Part shown: in pieces, positions 13,111-26,770 of the stretch
Position numbering within the stretch: the stretch's first letter is position 1
Layout: the number at the start of each line of letters is the position of its first letter
DNA from: Eledone cirrhosa
Lineage: Eukaryota
Assembly: GCA_964016885.1 (NCBI GenBank)
Contig: OZ024746.1
Coordinates: forward strand, 10,106,001 to 10,170,000
Length of the DNA stretch: 64,000 nt
Direction: 5' to 3'
Position numbers and translations under genes: made by a program
The notes under the pieces: model-generated
The model's input: the letters and a program-made list of their open reading frames with translations, nothing else
The model's database searches: none
Told to the model about the DNA's origin: nothing

Positions 13111-14180
13111 ATTATCTACGATCTATGAGATGAGATCTAACAGGGCGGGAATATATTCATTATTTTCACACTGTCAAAATGCAAGTTTCACTCCTAACTA
13201 AAGTCTGTCTCAAGCCAGGAGGCTCATCAGTCTGGTGCTTATCCTGGTTTCATGGTGTGAAGCGACTGAAAGTACAAGACTCCCCCTGGATAGGACACCA
13301 GTCCATTGCAGGGTTAAACACCCAGCTGATTCAAATATTTTTGGTGGGCCACACTGGCAAGCTACTGACGGCTGCTGCGTGCAGTAGTGCATGGCTGTAG
13401 TGAATCGGCCAACACCTATGCATAGCTGATTGAGAGACACTCAGTCCTTCTGGGAGAGGTTAGCTCCTGAAGAGAGGGTTGTATTTGGGGTGACATTCAG
13501 TTGGGCAAACTCTCATGAATTTAGTTTACAGAAATAAAATATTCTACTGTTAATACTAACTTTATTTTAATCTTATATTTATTTCTGACTGATGCCTTTA
13601 AGATATTTTTAGAGATTTTGAAAGGAGGGGGGGGGGGGTCCGCATTTTTCACATTTTTCTTTTTATGATGTTTTTCTTGTGTTTTAGCTATTTTTTTGTT
13701 TTTTGCCTTTACTGTGTTATTTGTTCAGGAGAGAATCTGGTATAATTTTGGAGGTATTTTTTCAAGATATTTTAATTTTCGATGTTTGTTTATTGGTGGT
13801 TTTTAGCATCTCAATTTGATTATTTTATTTGTTTGTTGTGGGTTTCTTTAAGTTTGTATTTTCCTTTCTTTTTTTTTTTTTAGATTTTGCCTTTTCTTAT
13901 TCTTAGCTTTCTGTGTTGTCAGTGATCAGAGGCAGCTTATAACTATACATATACATACATATACACACATACATACACACACATGCATGCATGCATATAT
14001 ACACACATACATACATACATACATACATACATACATACATACACACACACATACATACACACATACACATGCATACATACATACATACACATACATGCAT
14101 ACATAAACATACATACACACATACATACATATACATTCATATATACATACACACATACACACATACATACATACATGCAG

Positions 14181-14268
<88 letters not shown>

Positions 14269-14748
14269 TACAGATGAGGCTTAGACCAGTCAACCAAACT
14301 TTACATTTATATAAATAAATACTTAAATAACTAAGGATCGCTCCCACCCCATTTTTCCCTCCCCCTCCATCCCTCTCTCTCTCTCTATCCTCTCTCTCCC
14401 TCTCTCTCTCTCATAAAAGATTATAGTGTCTTACCAGCTATGAAGATGGCTGCCACGAAGATCAAAAATAATCCTGCTTACAGCCACAAACATAGTTGAT
14501 ATTATAACTGATATAACCAAAGTCTCTCTTCCTCTCTCTCCACCTCTCTCTCCACCTCTCTCTCCACCTCTCTCTCCACCTCTCCCCCCCCCCACCTCTC
14601 CCTCTGTATTAGAAGCAATGTCAGAACAGTGTCAGTCAGTAATCAGCACACTTACATACAGCTGCCAGTATATTTATAAGTACACTTACATGTTACCCCA
14701 GTACACTTACAAGCTACCAGTATTACATGCCACTTAGAGGCTAATCCA

Positions 14749-15816
14749 GTACACTTACATACTACAACCTGTACACTTACATGCTACAACCTGTACACTT
14801 ACATGCTACAACCTGTACACTTACATGTTACAACCTGTACACTTACATGTTACAACCTGTACACTTACATGTTACAACCTGTACACTTACATGTTACAAC
14901 CTGTACACTTACATGCTACAACCTGTACACTTACATGCTACAACCTGTACACTTACATGCTACAACCTGTACACTTACATGTTACAACCTGTACACTTAC
15001 ATGTTACAACCTGTACACTTACATGTTACAACCTGTACACTTACATGTTACAACCTGTACACTTACATGCTACAACCTGTACACTTACATGCTACAACCT
15101 GTACACTTACATGCTACAACCTGTACACTTACATGTTACAACCTGTACACTTACATGTTACAACCTGTACACTTACATGTTACAACCTGTACACTTACAT
15201 GTTACAACCTGTACACTTACATGTTACAACCTGTACACTTACATGTTACAACCTGTACACTTACATGTTACAACCTGTACACTTACATGCTACAACCTGT
15301 ACACTTACATGCTACAACCTGTACACTTACATGCTACAACCTGTACACTTACATGCTACAACCTGTACACTTACATGTTACAACCTGTACACTTACATGT
15401 TACAACCTGTACACTTACATGTTACAACCTGTACACTTACATGCTACAACCTGTACACTTACATGCTACAACCTGTACACTTACATGTTACAACCTGTAC
15501 ACTTACATGTTACAACCTGTACACTTACATGCTACAACCTGTACACTTACATGCTACAACCTGTACACTTACATGCTACAACCTGTACACTTACATGTTA
15601 CAACCTGTACACTTACATGTTACAACCTGTACACTTACATGTTACAACCTGTACACTTACATGCTACAACCTGTACACTTACATGCTACAACCTGTACAC
15701 TTACATGTTACAACCTGTACACTTACATGTTACAACCTGTACACTTACATGCTACAACCTGTACACTTACATGCTACAACCTGTACACTTACATGCTACA
15801 ACCTGTACACTTACAT
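14749..15816. repeat. 22 bp minisatellite (ACAACCTGTACACTTACATG[C/T]T), about 48 copies
   Basis: Direct tandem array with a single C/T variable site. Degenerate precursor units at 14640-14750. Confidence 0.97.
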
Positions 15817-15902
15817 TTGAGATCAGTATAACCAATACACTTACATGAAATTACATTAGAGTGACACTCCACCAATACATGCAATTTCCTTAAACTTCTA
15901 TA

Positions 15903-16060
15903 TCAGTCATAGGCAAACTGCGGCCTGTGAGCCACATGTGGCCCGTGAACCACATGTGGGCTACGAGCCACATGCAGCCCATGAGCCACATGGCAAGCTT
16001 AATTTCAAAATTGCCTTGCTTGAATGTTTTAGTAGTGTGGCTCGCCTTATGATGAACCAC
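15903..16060 (+). mobile_element. hAT (Charlie/SPIN-like) MITE remnant
   Basis: cagtcataggcaaactgcggcc...gagccacatgtggccc resembles hAT subterminal GGCCCGCGGGCCACAT motifs. Confidence 0.45.
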
Positions 16061-16629
16061 ATCCTATGGAGCCGACTGCTCAACAAAGATAGCCCATGCC
16101 TGTTTTATATATTTTGTTTGACCTAATAGAAGTAACAGCGAAATTTTTCCCACATCACAGCCCACCATCTTAATGAAAATGAAAGTATGCTTTGGACAGT
16201 GTATTCCGAGATACACAATGTCTGAACTAAAAGAGGGGTTGGTCAAAGACTTGTGTCTTTTTCATTATAGGTTTGCTGGATCAGAACTGATCTGGAACTA
16301 AACAAGAACTGTAACTATTTGATGAGCTTCTATATGGAAGCTTCTAAATAATGTTTTTACTTTTGGCTCAAGGCCAGTAATTACTCCAGTGCATTACTGG
16401 TGCTTTATTTTATTGATCCCATAAGGATGAAAAGACAAAGTTAACATGGTGGCATTTGAACTCAGAACACAAAGAGCCATAACTCCATGCTGCAAAGCAT
16501 GGAGTCTGATGCTCTACTGATACTGCCAAACCATCATAATGACTTACATTCAATGTTGTAGAATATTTATCAACGTAGTATACAGAGGTTATGGCTGTTG
16601 TTGAATGTATAACATTAGTGTGCATGAAC

Positions 16630-16895
16630 AACAAAGCAGAGATGAGTTGAGAGAAAAACTAAGCATGAGAGGAATCAGATGTAATAAACAGGAGGGAGGT
16701 TTGAGCTGGTATGGACTTGTAATTTACATATGAATGATGATCATTTGATGAAAAAATGCTATGAGTTTCTCAGAAGGAAAGAAACCATGAAGGAGGAAGA
16801 CCAAGAAAGATGTAGGCAAGGTAGTAAAGTTAATCTCAAGAAACTGAACCTCACAAATCATATGACAAAAGATAGAAACAAGTGGAAAGATGCGA
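16630..16895 (+). mobile_element. Old RTE LINE ORF2 C-terminal fragment
   Basis: ELREKLSMRGIRCNKQEGGLSWYGLV...MKKCYE...GRPRK...LKKLNLTNHMTKDRNKWKDA, with frameshifts. Parallels the 48090-48360 translation. Confidence 0.7.
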
Positions 16896-17245
16896 TGGTA
16901 GTATTGGTGGTGGTTGTAGTGGTGGTGGTAGTATTGGTGGTGGTAGTATTGGTTGTGGTAGTATTGGTGGTGGTAGCATTTGTGGTAGTAGTGGTGGTTG
17001 TAGTGGTGGTGGTAGTATTGGTGGTGGTAGTATTGGTTGTGGTAGTATTGGTGGTGGTAGCATTTGTGGTAGTAGTGGTGGTTGTAGTGGTGGTGGTAGT
17101 ATTGGTGGTGGTAGTATTGGTTGTGGTAGTATTGGTGGTGGTAGTGGTGGTAGCATTAGTGGTAGTAGTGGTGGTAGTAGTGATGGTGGTAGCATTGGTG
17201 ATGGTAGTATTGGTGGTGGTAGTGGTGGTAGCATTGGTGGTGGGG
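16896..17245. repeat. (GGT/AGT)n compound repeat with an 84 bp higher-order unit
   Basis: The marker agcatttgt recurs at 16975 and 17059. Confidence 0.85.
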
Positions 17246-17834
17246 CAGGAGGTTCTACATTGATTTGCTACATGGATTTATTGGTATATGGATTTTTGCG
17301 CTTGTAGTTGTGAAAAGAAAGAGGTGTAAGTGGAGCAAGAATAGGACTATTATTCTTTATTGTTGTAGAAGCCTAACACCTTAGAAGAGTAGCAATGGGT
17401 GACAGGTTGATGTGAAACACTCAACTCTACTACCCTTGCAGTGTTGCCTGTCATCTTACTTTGTTTACTTTCCATTTTTCTCAGTTATTGCAAGATTGCT
17501 CTGCATATTTCCAGCTGATTGTAGCTCAGTAGATAGATAGACATATTTGTTTCTACTTTTGGCACAAGGCCAGCAATTACCCAGTGTATTACTGGTACTT
17601 TATTTTATCGACCCCGTAAGGATGAAAGGCAAAGTTAACCTCGGCGGGATTTGAACTCAGAATGGCAAGGGCCGTAACTCTATGCGTCCTTGCCATTCTG
17701 AGTAGATAGATAGACATATTGATAGACAAATAGATAGGTAGATAGGTAGACAGACATACAAACAAACAGACAGATGGATAGATAGATAGAAAGACAAATA
17801 GACAGACAGACAGACAGATAGATAGATAGATAGA

Positions 17835-19401
17835 TTTCTTTTTTTTGCCACGAGGGCGCAAAGGATGGGGACAAATACAATTGGGGAGTTTATATACAAG
17901 GCATGTAATAATGTATAACAAAAATGATGAATAAAACAAATTAAATCCCCAATAAGGAGGGGGGCGTTACAAAAGAGTTGCACACACCCCGAAAAAAATG
18001 TACAACCCTCATCTCCAAGAGCACGAAGAGCGAGCACTCCTCTCCTCTCTTCCTCTTCTTCCTCGACCTACAGGCTTATATAGAGAGACGGCCCAACTAC
18101 TCGGGCCATTCTTGCCACATTCACCCACCTTTTGTAAAATTTGCTGGGGTACAGCACCTCTCTCTCCACTCTGATTCTTCTTCTAAAATGATATTTGAAA
18201 AAACGAATCAGTTGCTCGCCGGAGAGAAAGGTGTCTGACCTCAGCCCTTTTAACCTCGTCCACCATATAACCTCTTTCACCATAGTCATAACACATAGGA
18301 AAACACCGCCTCTCCCTCGTTTTTGAAAGAGGGTAGTGGTTTGATCATGACAATGGACTCGGTGGTCAACTGGATTGGTCCCACCCACAACAATAATCGT
18401 TCTACATAGCCCCACAGGTCGGTAACGCCCGGGCAGTGTACAAATGCGTGTGTGACGGTTTCCTCGTCGCGCATACATCTCGGACAAATATTTTTCGAAG
18501 GGTCCTTGCCCGGGCGCCCATGTCTGTAGAGCTTGTCTCGAACTGGTAGAGCTCCTCGGTAGCACTGCCAAACCAGGGACTTTTGGAAGTTGTCCATTGG
18601 TCCCGGGCAGAAGGTCCTACTGAACAGACTGGCCAGTTCGTCCCCCTCTACGCCTAGAGTTTCTCCGAGCATATTGTCGCACTTGCTGCGGACCAACCCT
18701 CTATAGAATGTCGAAGTGGAGTCTCCACTGATCGCCGAGTCCGCTTGCCAGAGGGCTGTGAGCGCCTGAGCACATTCGATGTGCCAGTCGCCCATTTTCC
18801 CCGATCTTTGCTTGACCCAGGACTGCAGCTCAGTCAGCGAGACGAGTCGTGGGAAGGCTCGCCTCACGAACGGGGCCCACACCGGTTGTCTGGTGACGAA
18901 TATGTGGAGGTGCCGCAGCGTGTTTGTGCATCATCAGCCACGGCATCTCCAGCCCTCCGTTTGAAGGGTGTTGGCAGCAGATGAATCTTCTCACCAAAGG
19001 ATCCCGTTTCTTCCAAAGGAATTGGAAGAGCGCGCGCTCCATTTTGGTGAGCGTTTTGGCTGGACAAGGCACGATGGTCAAGCGGTAGTAGATGACGGAC
19101 GCTATAAAAGTTTCGCCACCTCCGCTCGACCTTTCAAGGATAGTTTGCACTCGGCCCACTTCTGGGTGAGTGCAAACACCTTGGCCGTCACCTCGTTCCA
19201 GTTCTTCTCCACCTGGAGGTCCGGACCAAACCAGACCCCGAGCAGCTTTACTGGACCTCCCGTCCAGCGTCTGACGACGTCATCGGAAGGCATTGGTTTG
19301 CCTCTCAATGTTCCGAGTTGCAAACCGACGGATTTGTCCCGGTTCAGCTTCGTTCCTGTGAACCTTTCGTATTCCCCCAGTAAGGTGCCGATCTCCCCGA
19401 T
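17835..19401 (-). mobile_element. 5'-truncated L1/Tx1-clade LINE (end of RT domain, zf-RVT CCHC, 3'UTR, poly(A)), frameshifted
   Basis: Minus-strand ORF pieces YERFTGTKLNRDKS..VKLLGVWF..LSLKGRA..ASVIYY..FLW..GGLEMP and LPVRDKL..CPRC..EETVTHAFVHCP. GC-rich. Poly(T) at 17835-17846. (GATA)n on both flanks. Confidence 0.92.
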
Positions 19402-19422
19402 TTGCGAGGTGCTCGACAAATG

Positions 19423-19476
<54 letters not shown>

Positions 19477-19519
19477 CAAATAGATAGATAGAAAGACAAA
19501 TAGACAGATAGAGAGATAT

Positions 19520-19783
19520 GTTTCTTTATTAGCCACAGGGGCACAAAAGAAAGGGACAAATACAAAGGGGGAAGTTTGCATACAATAAAAACGTGTAAAA
19601 TATTATGACAAATGCAATTTAAAAATTAGTTGATTTTCCCCAATAGAGGGAGACTGTTCATATACCCCCGAAAAAATGTGCAACCCTCATCTCCAGGAGT
19701 ACGAAGAGTTTGTACTCCTTTCCTCTCCTCCTCCTTTTCCTCAACCTACAGGCTGATATAGAGAGAAGGCCCATTCACTCGGG
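19520..19783 (-). mobile_element. Second, shorter 3' fragment of the same Tx1-like family
   Basis: Homologous to 17835-18105 (gccac.ggg..gggacaaatacaa; ccccgaaaaaatgt.caaccctcatctcca). (GATA)n on both flanks. Confidence 0.88.
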
Positions 19784-20239
19784 ATAGATAGATAGATAGA
19801 CTGGCTCACAAACAGATAGCTAGATAGACAGACAAATAGATAGGTAGATGGATGGACAGCTAAATAATAATAAAGTACTTATATGCAGCCATAAATCCAT
19901 CAAAATGAAAAGATGTTCTTAAGCGCCCTCGTCTTCTATTCATTTAAACATAAGAATTTGAAAAGTAGTTCACTGCTGGTATTTCCTGAAAAGATTACTC
20001 TTCAGATTTCATTTGAAAGCCAACACAGATGGTGCTGTTCTTACAGAGGAAGCTCATTCCAGAAAACTGGAGCTGTTTTACAGAAAGCCTGGTCATCACA
20101 ATTCTTCATTTTAGATAGATATACTTACATGCATTGTGTGTGTGTATGTGTGTAACAGCTCACACCTATGCAGGTTTAGCTGGCCTCCTCCAAGGTATAT
20201 CTCATTGGAGGTGTCTTGGGTGATTTAATGATAGGGACA

Positions 20240-20400
20240 CCAGTCCCTATCATCTTATTTCTACAGCTGAGTAAACTGGAGCAATGTGAAATAAAGTGTC
20301 TTGCTCAAGGAAACAACACATCACCCGGTCCGAGAATTGAACTCACAACCTTTTGATTGTAAGCCCAATGCTCTAACCACTAAACTATGTGCCTTCACAC
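20240..20400 (-). mobile_element. SINE family C copy (head and core)
   Basis: Reverse complement of 54481-54650. Other family C heads at about 23290-23570(+), 47250-47530(-), 39100-39225(-) and 55410-55480(+). Confidence 0.8.
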
Positions 20401-20543
20401 ATACATTGGACTTGTCAATTTTAATGATAAGTGTTCCCGTGGTTCATACAACAGAACAGTCTGCTTGTTAAATTAATGTACAATTATATATACCAACTTA
20501 TTAATAAGAAGGTTAGTTATACCGTATTATTAAATCCCTCCAA

Positions 20544-20728
20544 GGGCGGTGGATTGGCAGTATCGGTAGAGTGTCGGACGCCATGCTTTCTAGCATAGTT
20601 ACGTCCCTTTACGATCTGAGTTCAAATCCCGCCGAGGTTGACTTTGCCTTTCATCCTTACGGGGTCGATAAAATAAAGTACCAGTAATGCACTGGGTAAT
20701 TGCTGGCCTTGTGCCTAAAGTAGAAACA
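20544..20728 (+). mobile_element. Full-length tRNA-derived SINE family B with 18 bp target-site duplication
   Basis: A box TGGCAGTATCGG, B box GTTCAAATCC, central gcctttcatccttacggggtcgataaaataaagtacc (resembles the Meta-SINE central domain, from memory). TSD attattaaatccctccaa at 20526-20543 and 20729-20746. Confidence 0.9.
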
Positions 20729-22129
20729 ATTATTAAATCCCTCCAAATACTTGTTTCTTTTCAAAATGATTTGAAAATCATAGTCAGTCTCTTTGTTTAG
20801 AAATATGGTAACAACAGAGTTAAACAGCTAAAAGGACTCTTCTGCAATGTAATTGTTTCAATTTCAACACAGGGACTCAGATCAAGTCATTTGCCAAACA
20901 TGTACAACTCTATATTTCAATAGAAAACATTATATCACAACACACACGTACACACACACACACTATCATCATCACCAACACCACCAACAACAACAACACC
21001 ACCAGCAGCTCTGTAATACTAAATGAACTAGCTTCACTCAATAGTTTGTTTTTTGTTTTTAATCCAAAGAAATCAATATTATTCCCAAGGGTATTAAAAA
21101 GCTAACAAATCTTACACATTCAAATGTCATCTTGACAAATTCTTACAAACACTTCCAGATGAACTGTATACTCATTTAGATTTTCCCTCACAACAATAAC
21201 TTGTTAAGTATAAGATGGAAACTATCCATATATATAAATAACATTTACATGTTATTTGTTGCACTTTGCTGCTGACAAATTATGGGGGTTGAAGATGATG
21301 AGAGGACTTTTGTTTATTTTTTGGGTTTTGTTTTGTTTTTTTGTTTTTTTTTGTTTTTTTTGTTTTGTTTTGTGTGTGTGTGGGTGGGGGGGCTCCTTTT
21401 TTGGCTTTTTCGTTTTACATTCTAATATTGAAAGTAGAGTTCTAGGCAAAGAAAACTGTAAAGATATGTGTATGCTGATTGATCGATGGTGATTGAGTAT
21501 GTGAGAAAAATTGTTTAAAAAAGCCCAAATTCATAGAAATGTGCTTTACAAATAAACCAGTGTATGTTGATTTAGGGCCTAAAAGTATATTTTATCTTTT
21601 TATTTGTCTCCTCAAAATAATGCAACTATTTGATAATCAGTGGCTTTATGAACCATATTGAACTCTTTTGTTGCCATATTTTTAATAAAAGACTACCTAT
21701 GATTTTCAACATTTTCTTTTAAATAATCGAGGAATTTGGAGGTGTTTAGTTATTGTTTGGATCCTAAATTAACAAAGGTTCTTTCATGAAATTATGATGG
21801 AAAGATTTAGATAAATAAAAACTCTTTAAAAGAATGAGTTTTGTGTTGTATAACTAGGTACAATTTCAGGTGTTTTGCTATGAAAAAGGTTAATGTAGTG
21901 AATATCAAAAATATAATTTAAAATATAAGTATTTAAAGTTAGTTTCAAAGTGTTTTGAGTTTTGATTTTAGCTAAAAGAAGTGAAGTGTCATATTTGAAT
22001 AAAGAACAGGACCTGTTCTTTATTCAAATATGACCTCAATTTTTTAGATAAAATCAAAAATCAAAAACCTTTGAAAATAATTTAAAATACTTATACACGG
22101 GTACAAGCTGAAGCATATAGACAATATGC

Positions 22130-22413
22130 CCCCACCCCCTCCCACTGCAAAGTGGTCATGGAGGTGCCACGGCAAAAAAGCACGCAGCCCACACTGTAAA
22201 GTGGATGTGTAGGCACCATGGAAAAAAAGCTACCAGCACTCACTGTAAACGAGGTTGGTGTTAGGAAGGGCATCCAGCTGTAGAAATCAAGCCAGAATCA
22301 GTTCCCAAATGAGCAAGACAGGGTCAGCTGACTGGACACTGCCCACAACAAGACAACCCGTCTAACCCATGCTAGCGTGGAAGAATGGACGTAAAATGGT
22401 GATGATGATGATG
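22130..22413 (+). mobile_element. RTE LINE/SINE 3' end with (GAT)n tail
   Basis: Same 3'UTR as the family at 851 and 47748. Further copies at about 7157-7310(-), 25470-25590(-), 38280-38452(+), 43500-43640(-), 46680-46915(+), 49286-49555(-) and 60980-61018(+). Confidence 0.8.
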
Positions 22414-24687
22414 ACTTATGTGTTAAGGAAAAGATCAGTAGAATGATTGGTACTATTTTAATAGCTTCACCAAATATACAAGAGACAACTCCAAACGTAT
22501 TTTTGGTCTCGTTAGATTTCCTCAGCAGAGCCTAGAACTCTTCATGTATATACAACATTGTATATAAATAGCCATGAAAAATTAGCATAATTTTTTGTTG
22601 AAATGAATAATTAATGTTAATTATTTTGATGGCATCTTTGAGGAATTAACTTCAGCAATTTATATATATTTTTAAAGTGGCATCCTTTGGTGATGATTTA
22701 TAAGTTTTAACAGCTTTGGTTTCTATTTTACATATTTCAACTTTAGATTTCATGACCAAAATAATACGATCGCAAATACAAGATACAAGTGGCCAAAATG
22801 GTGTTCCTGTGAAGGGTCTTTGGAATAAAGTTACTCAATAGAGTGCATAACTCAGAGATCAGAGAGTTGCTCTGGGTAGAGCTGCTACTTTTCTGAATTA
22901 AGAGGTCATAGCTCCAATACTACAGGCATGTGGTTAGAATGTCTCAGGAAAGAATTGCTGGACAGATTTTACTGGCAAAACCAACCAGCAGGATTATTCA
23001 GGGGTAGATTCAGAGCAAGATGGTTGGATAACATCCATGAAATCTGCTGGTCTTTAAAGTTTGGGAATTTCCTGGCCTAATTAGTTGATACATTTCAGAC
23101 TGAAGATATTTAGAATTTTATGATGTTTCGACACTATTAGTTGTGACATTTGTGATTGTAATCAATATAGCCAATGATATTTATAGGTAAAGATGCTGAT
23201 GTAACTGCTTAAGTTTCAATATATTCAATATGTCAGATATTTTAATGCTATAACATCTATTCTTAATAATTATTGCCACTTCTTGTGAAGTGACTGGCCT
23301 AATGGTAAGTGTGTTGGACTTACTATCATAATGTCATGGGTTCGATTCTTGAGCTGGTTTATGTGTTGTGTTCTTGAGCAAAACACTTCATTTCACATTG
23401 CTCCAGTATACTCAGCTGAAAATGAGTACAGAGTACCAGCAATAGCTGGGAGTTTAACCCTGAAATGGACTGGTGTCCTGTCCAGGAGGGAGTCTTGTAC
23501 TCTCAGTCGCTTCATGCCATAAAACCGGAATAAGCACCAGTCTAACGAACCTTCTGGCTTGAGTCAGACTTTAGGTTTTAGAGTTATGAGACGAAAATTA
23601 CAAAATTTAAATTTTGTTAGAGAAATATAAAATCTTCCTTATTTTATCCTATTTATCAATAAATCCTTCTCTACAAAGTGTTTTAAACAAGTGTTTTGAG
23701 TTCTCAACTAACAAAGAGTTGAAGGAAGATGCAATAGATTACTTTTTTATTTTTATTTTGTTTTTTGTTTTAATTTTCTGGGTCTTTTTTTTTTTGTTTG
23801 TCTGTGTGTCTGTGTGTGAGTGAGATTTAACTTTTTCCCCCTAAATCAGGGAATCTTTATCAAAGATTACTTTAGTTTATAAAGTCTGGCTCCAGTCATA
23901 ACCAATTTTTTTTCTCTCTCGTTATATAGAAATATTGATTGTCAATGTTTACATGAAACTATTATAATGTTGTTGTTGTTGTTGTTGTTAGTGGGGGTAA
24001 GAATGATGACAACAACAATGACAACAACAATGACAACTATTGCAATGACAAAGACGATGGCAATAACAATTTCTTCAACATCAACAACTATGGTGATATG
24101 AAAACTATGATTGTTTTAGTTGTTAATAGTGGTGGAGATGATGATGATGTTGTTATTGTTGTTTAGCCCTGGGTCAGCCCTTATCAAGTAAACCTATAAT
24201 CAAAAGCATGCCAACAGTGACCATCCCATCTTTTTTCCTCTGTACTGGAAACCAAGGACCATATTAACGACTATGTTCTTTTCTAAGACAGTGGGGTGGA
24301 ATTTGAGGTGAGATTTGGTTACTATTTCTAGCCAGTTGATCGACTATGTTTGGCGTTTCTTTGTTGGTAGTGGCATGGGTATTGGTTATTGTAATGATGG
24401 TATTGTCTTGGTTCTTATAATTATTACTTATTCAGGCTGTTATTTTGTCAGATACTTTGGTTGTTGTTATTGTTGTTGTTTGTAGAGGTGGTGGTGGTAG
24501 TTTGGAGGTGGTGGTTTGGTAGTGGTGGTGGTGGTTTAGCGGTGGTGATGGTGGTGGTGGTGATGGCAATGGTATTGGTGCTTGTGGGAGGAAACTATTT
24601 ATTTTTATTACTGTTAAAATTATTTTTCATATTATTGCTATTTTGTCTTCCCTGCCTAACTCAGTTTTACAAGTCATTCAGTATATT

Positions 24688-24759
<72 letters not shown>

Positions 24760-26151
24760 ATTACAATCACTAAAAAGACAAGTTTCCTCCAGTTACATCT
24801 ACTTGTTCGGAATTTGGCTGCCAGCTTAGAAATTTTCAGATTTTCTTGTTCACTTCACTCAATGGATCATTCTAATGATTGTCAAAAGAAATAAGAAAGA
24901 AATGTTATGTAGGAAGGAATAAATAAATTTATAAAAGTAAAAGAAAAAAAATGGGAGGATTGGTAAATTACTAAGCTGCAGTTGAGCTATGGAGTCATTC
25001 TGTTTCTTAAATATCTTTCTTGTAGTTACCCGACTGACTTCCAAGCAGTTTACTATATTATTAGTAAAAGAAACTCTACCTTTCATAGAATTTTTCAGAT
25101 ATATATTATCTTCTATCAATCCTATTTTGCCTTTCCATAATTTCTTCAACTTTCGATTATTTCCTCAGCTTTTATTTCACAATATATATCATTATCCTCG
25201 TTTAACATCCACTTCCTGCACTAGCATGATATATATATATATATATATATATATTTTGTCAATCAACTTTCATTAAATCGGACAATGTTTCCGTTGGTCT
25301 TTCCAATTGCTAATACTATCTATCGGTCACAACTCCAGGTAGAAGGAGCAATGTGAAATAAAGTGTCTTGCTCAAGGACATAACACATCGCCCGGTCCAG
25401 GAACCGAACTGACAACCTCACGATGACGAATCCAGTTCTCTAACCAATTAGCCACATGCCTTCACTATATTATCATCATCATCATCATTTAACATCTATC
25501 TTCCATGCTAGCATGAGTTTAGAATTGTCCCACTTGGACAATAGGATTGTCTGGCAGGTTTTCTACGGCTGGCTGCTCTTCCTAACACCAACAATATATA
25601 TATATAGGCTTGTGTCAAATGCTGTGACCCCTGTTGGACCAGCAGTACCGTTGGTAGGGGTCAAAACTGCCAAAGTACATCTCAACAGCTGAAGACGCTG
25701 GAGTTCTGTATCTTTTGTTCGTATTTTTATTTTGAAAAAATAATTTTCTAAGGTTTCCTCTTCAAAAAATTGTTTTTCATTTTGCCTTGTTTTCATTTGT
25801 TGTCTTCTCTTTGTTCATTTTCCTAAGTTTATTATTACTAATCTGTAACGTATGTGTTTTCTCTTCTTCCCCCAATAATCTCAATGATATATATAACAAC
25901 TGTTCAAATTACTTCTACATATATCATATATACATATATCATCTTAACAATATTTGGACCTATAGCTAGAAATGGATGAACACATATATGCTTTGCCTCT
26001 CATAAATATCGATTTCTGATTTAAACACAAGTTCAGCAAATTTTGCAGCAAGGACAAAGTTGATTAAATCAACCCCAATATTTGACAGGTACTTCAGAAT
26101 GTAAACAACCAGTACAAATATTGCAAGGGCATTTTATCTGACGGTCTACTA

Positions 26152-26770
26152 ATACCACCAACCCACCACCTTTTGCCCCTCATAAATATCACATACCACC
26201 AACTCACCACCTTTTGCCCCTCATAAATATCACATACCACCAACTCACCACCTTTTGTCCCTTATAAATATCACATACCACCAACCCACCACCTTTTGCC
26301 CCTCATAAATATCACATACCACCAACCCACCACCTTTTGCCCCTCATAAATATCACATACCACCAACCCACCACCTTTTGCCCCTCATAAATATCACATA
26401 CCACCAACTCACCACCTTTTGCCCCTCATAAATATCACATACCACCAGCCCACCACCTTTTGCCTCTCATAAATATCACATACCACCAGCCCACCACCTT
26501 TTGCCTCTCATAAATATCACATACCACCAGCCCACCACCTTTTGCCTCTCATAAATATCACATACCACCAGCCCACCACCTTTTGCCTCTCATAAATATC
26601 ACATACCACCAGCCCACCACTCTTTTGTCTCTCATAAATATCACATACCACCAACTCACTACCTTTTGCCTCTCATAAATATCACATACCACCAACTCAC
26701 CACCTTTTGCCTCTCATAAATATCACATACCACCAGCCCACCACTCTTTTGTCTCTCATAAATACCACCA
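26152..26770. repeat. 41 bp minisatellite (ATACCACCA[A/G]C[C/T]CACCACCTTTTGCC[C/T]CTCATAAATATCAC), about 15 copies
   Basis: Direct tandem array starting at the 5' end of a minus-strand SINE B. Confidence 0.95.

Noticed and set aside
13729-13753. Candidate microexon after a T-rich tract (ttcag|gagagaatctg|gt or ...gag|gt)
   Set aside because: Lengths of 11 or 25 nt break the frame and the donors are weak.
16730-17307. Gly-rich, Val-rich and Pro-rich ORFs resembling structural proteins
   Set aside because: A GGT/AGT compound repeat fused to a decayed RTE fragment, with no splice or expression support.
18068-19401. GC-rich island suggesting a horizontally acquired or nested gene
   Set aside because: Explained by a frameshifted Tx1/L1 LINE ORF2 fragment.
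22480-22540. Minus-strand CTGAGGA...gagaccAAAA hammerhead-like remnant
   Set aside because: The GAAA box and stem II are both degenerate, so chance similarity cannot be excluded.
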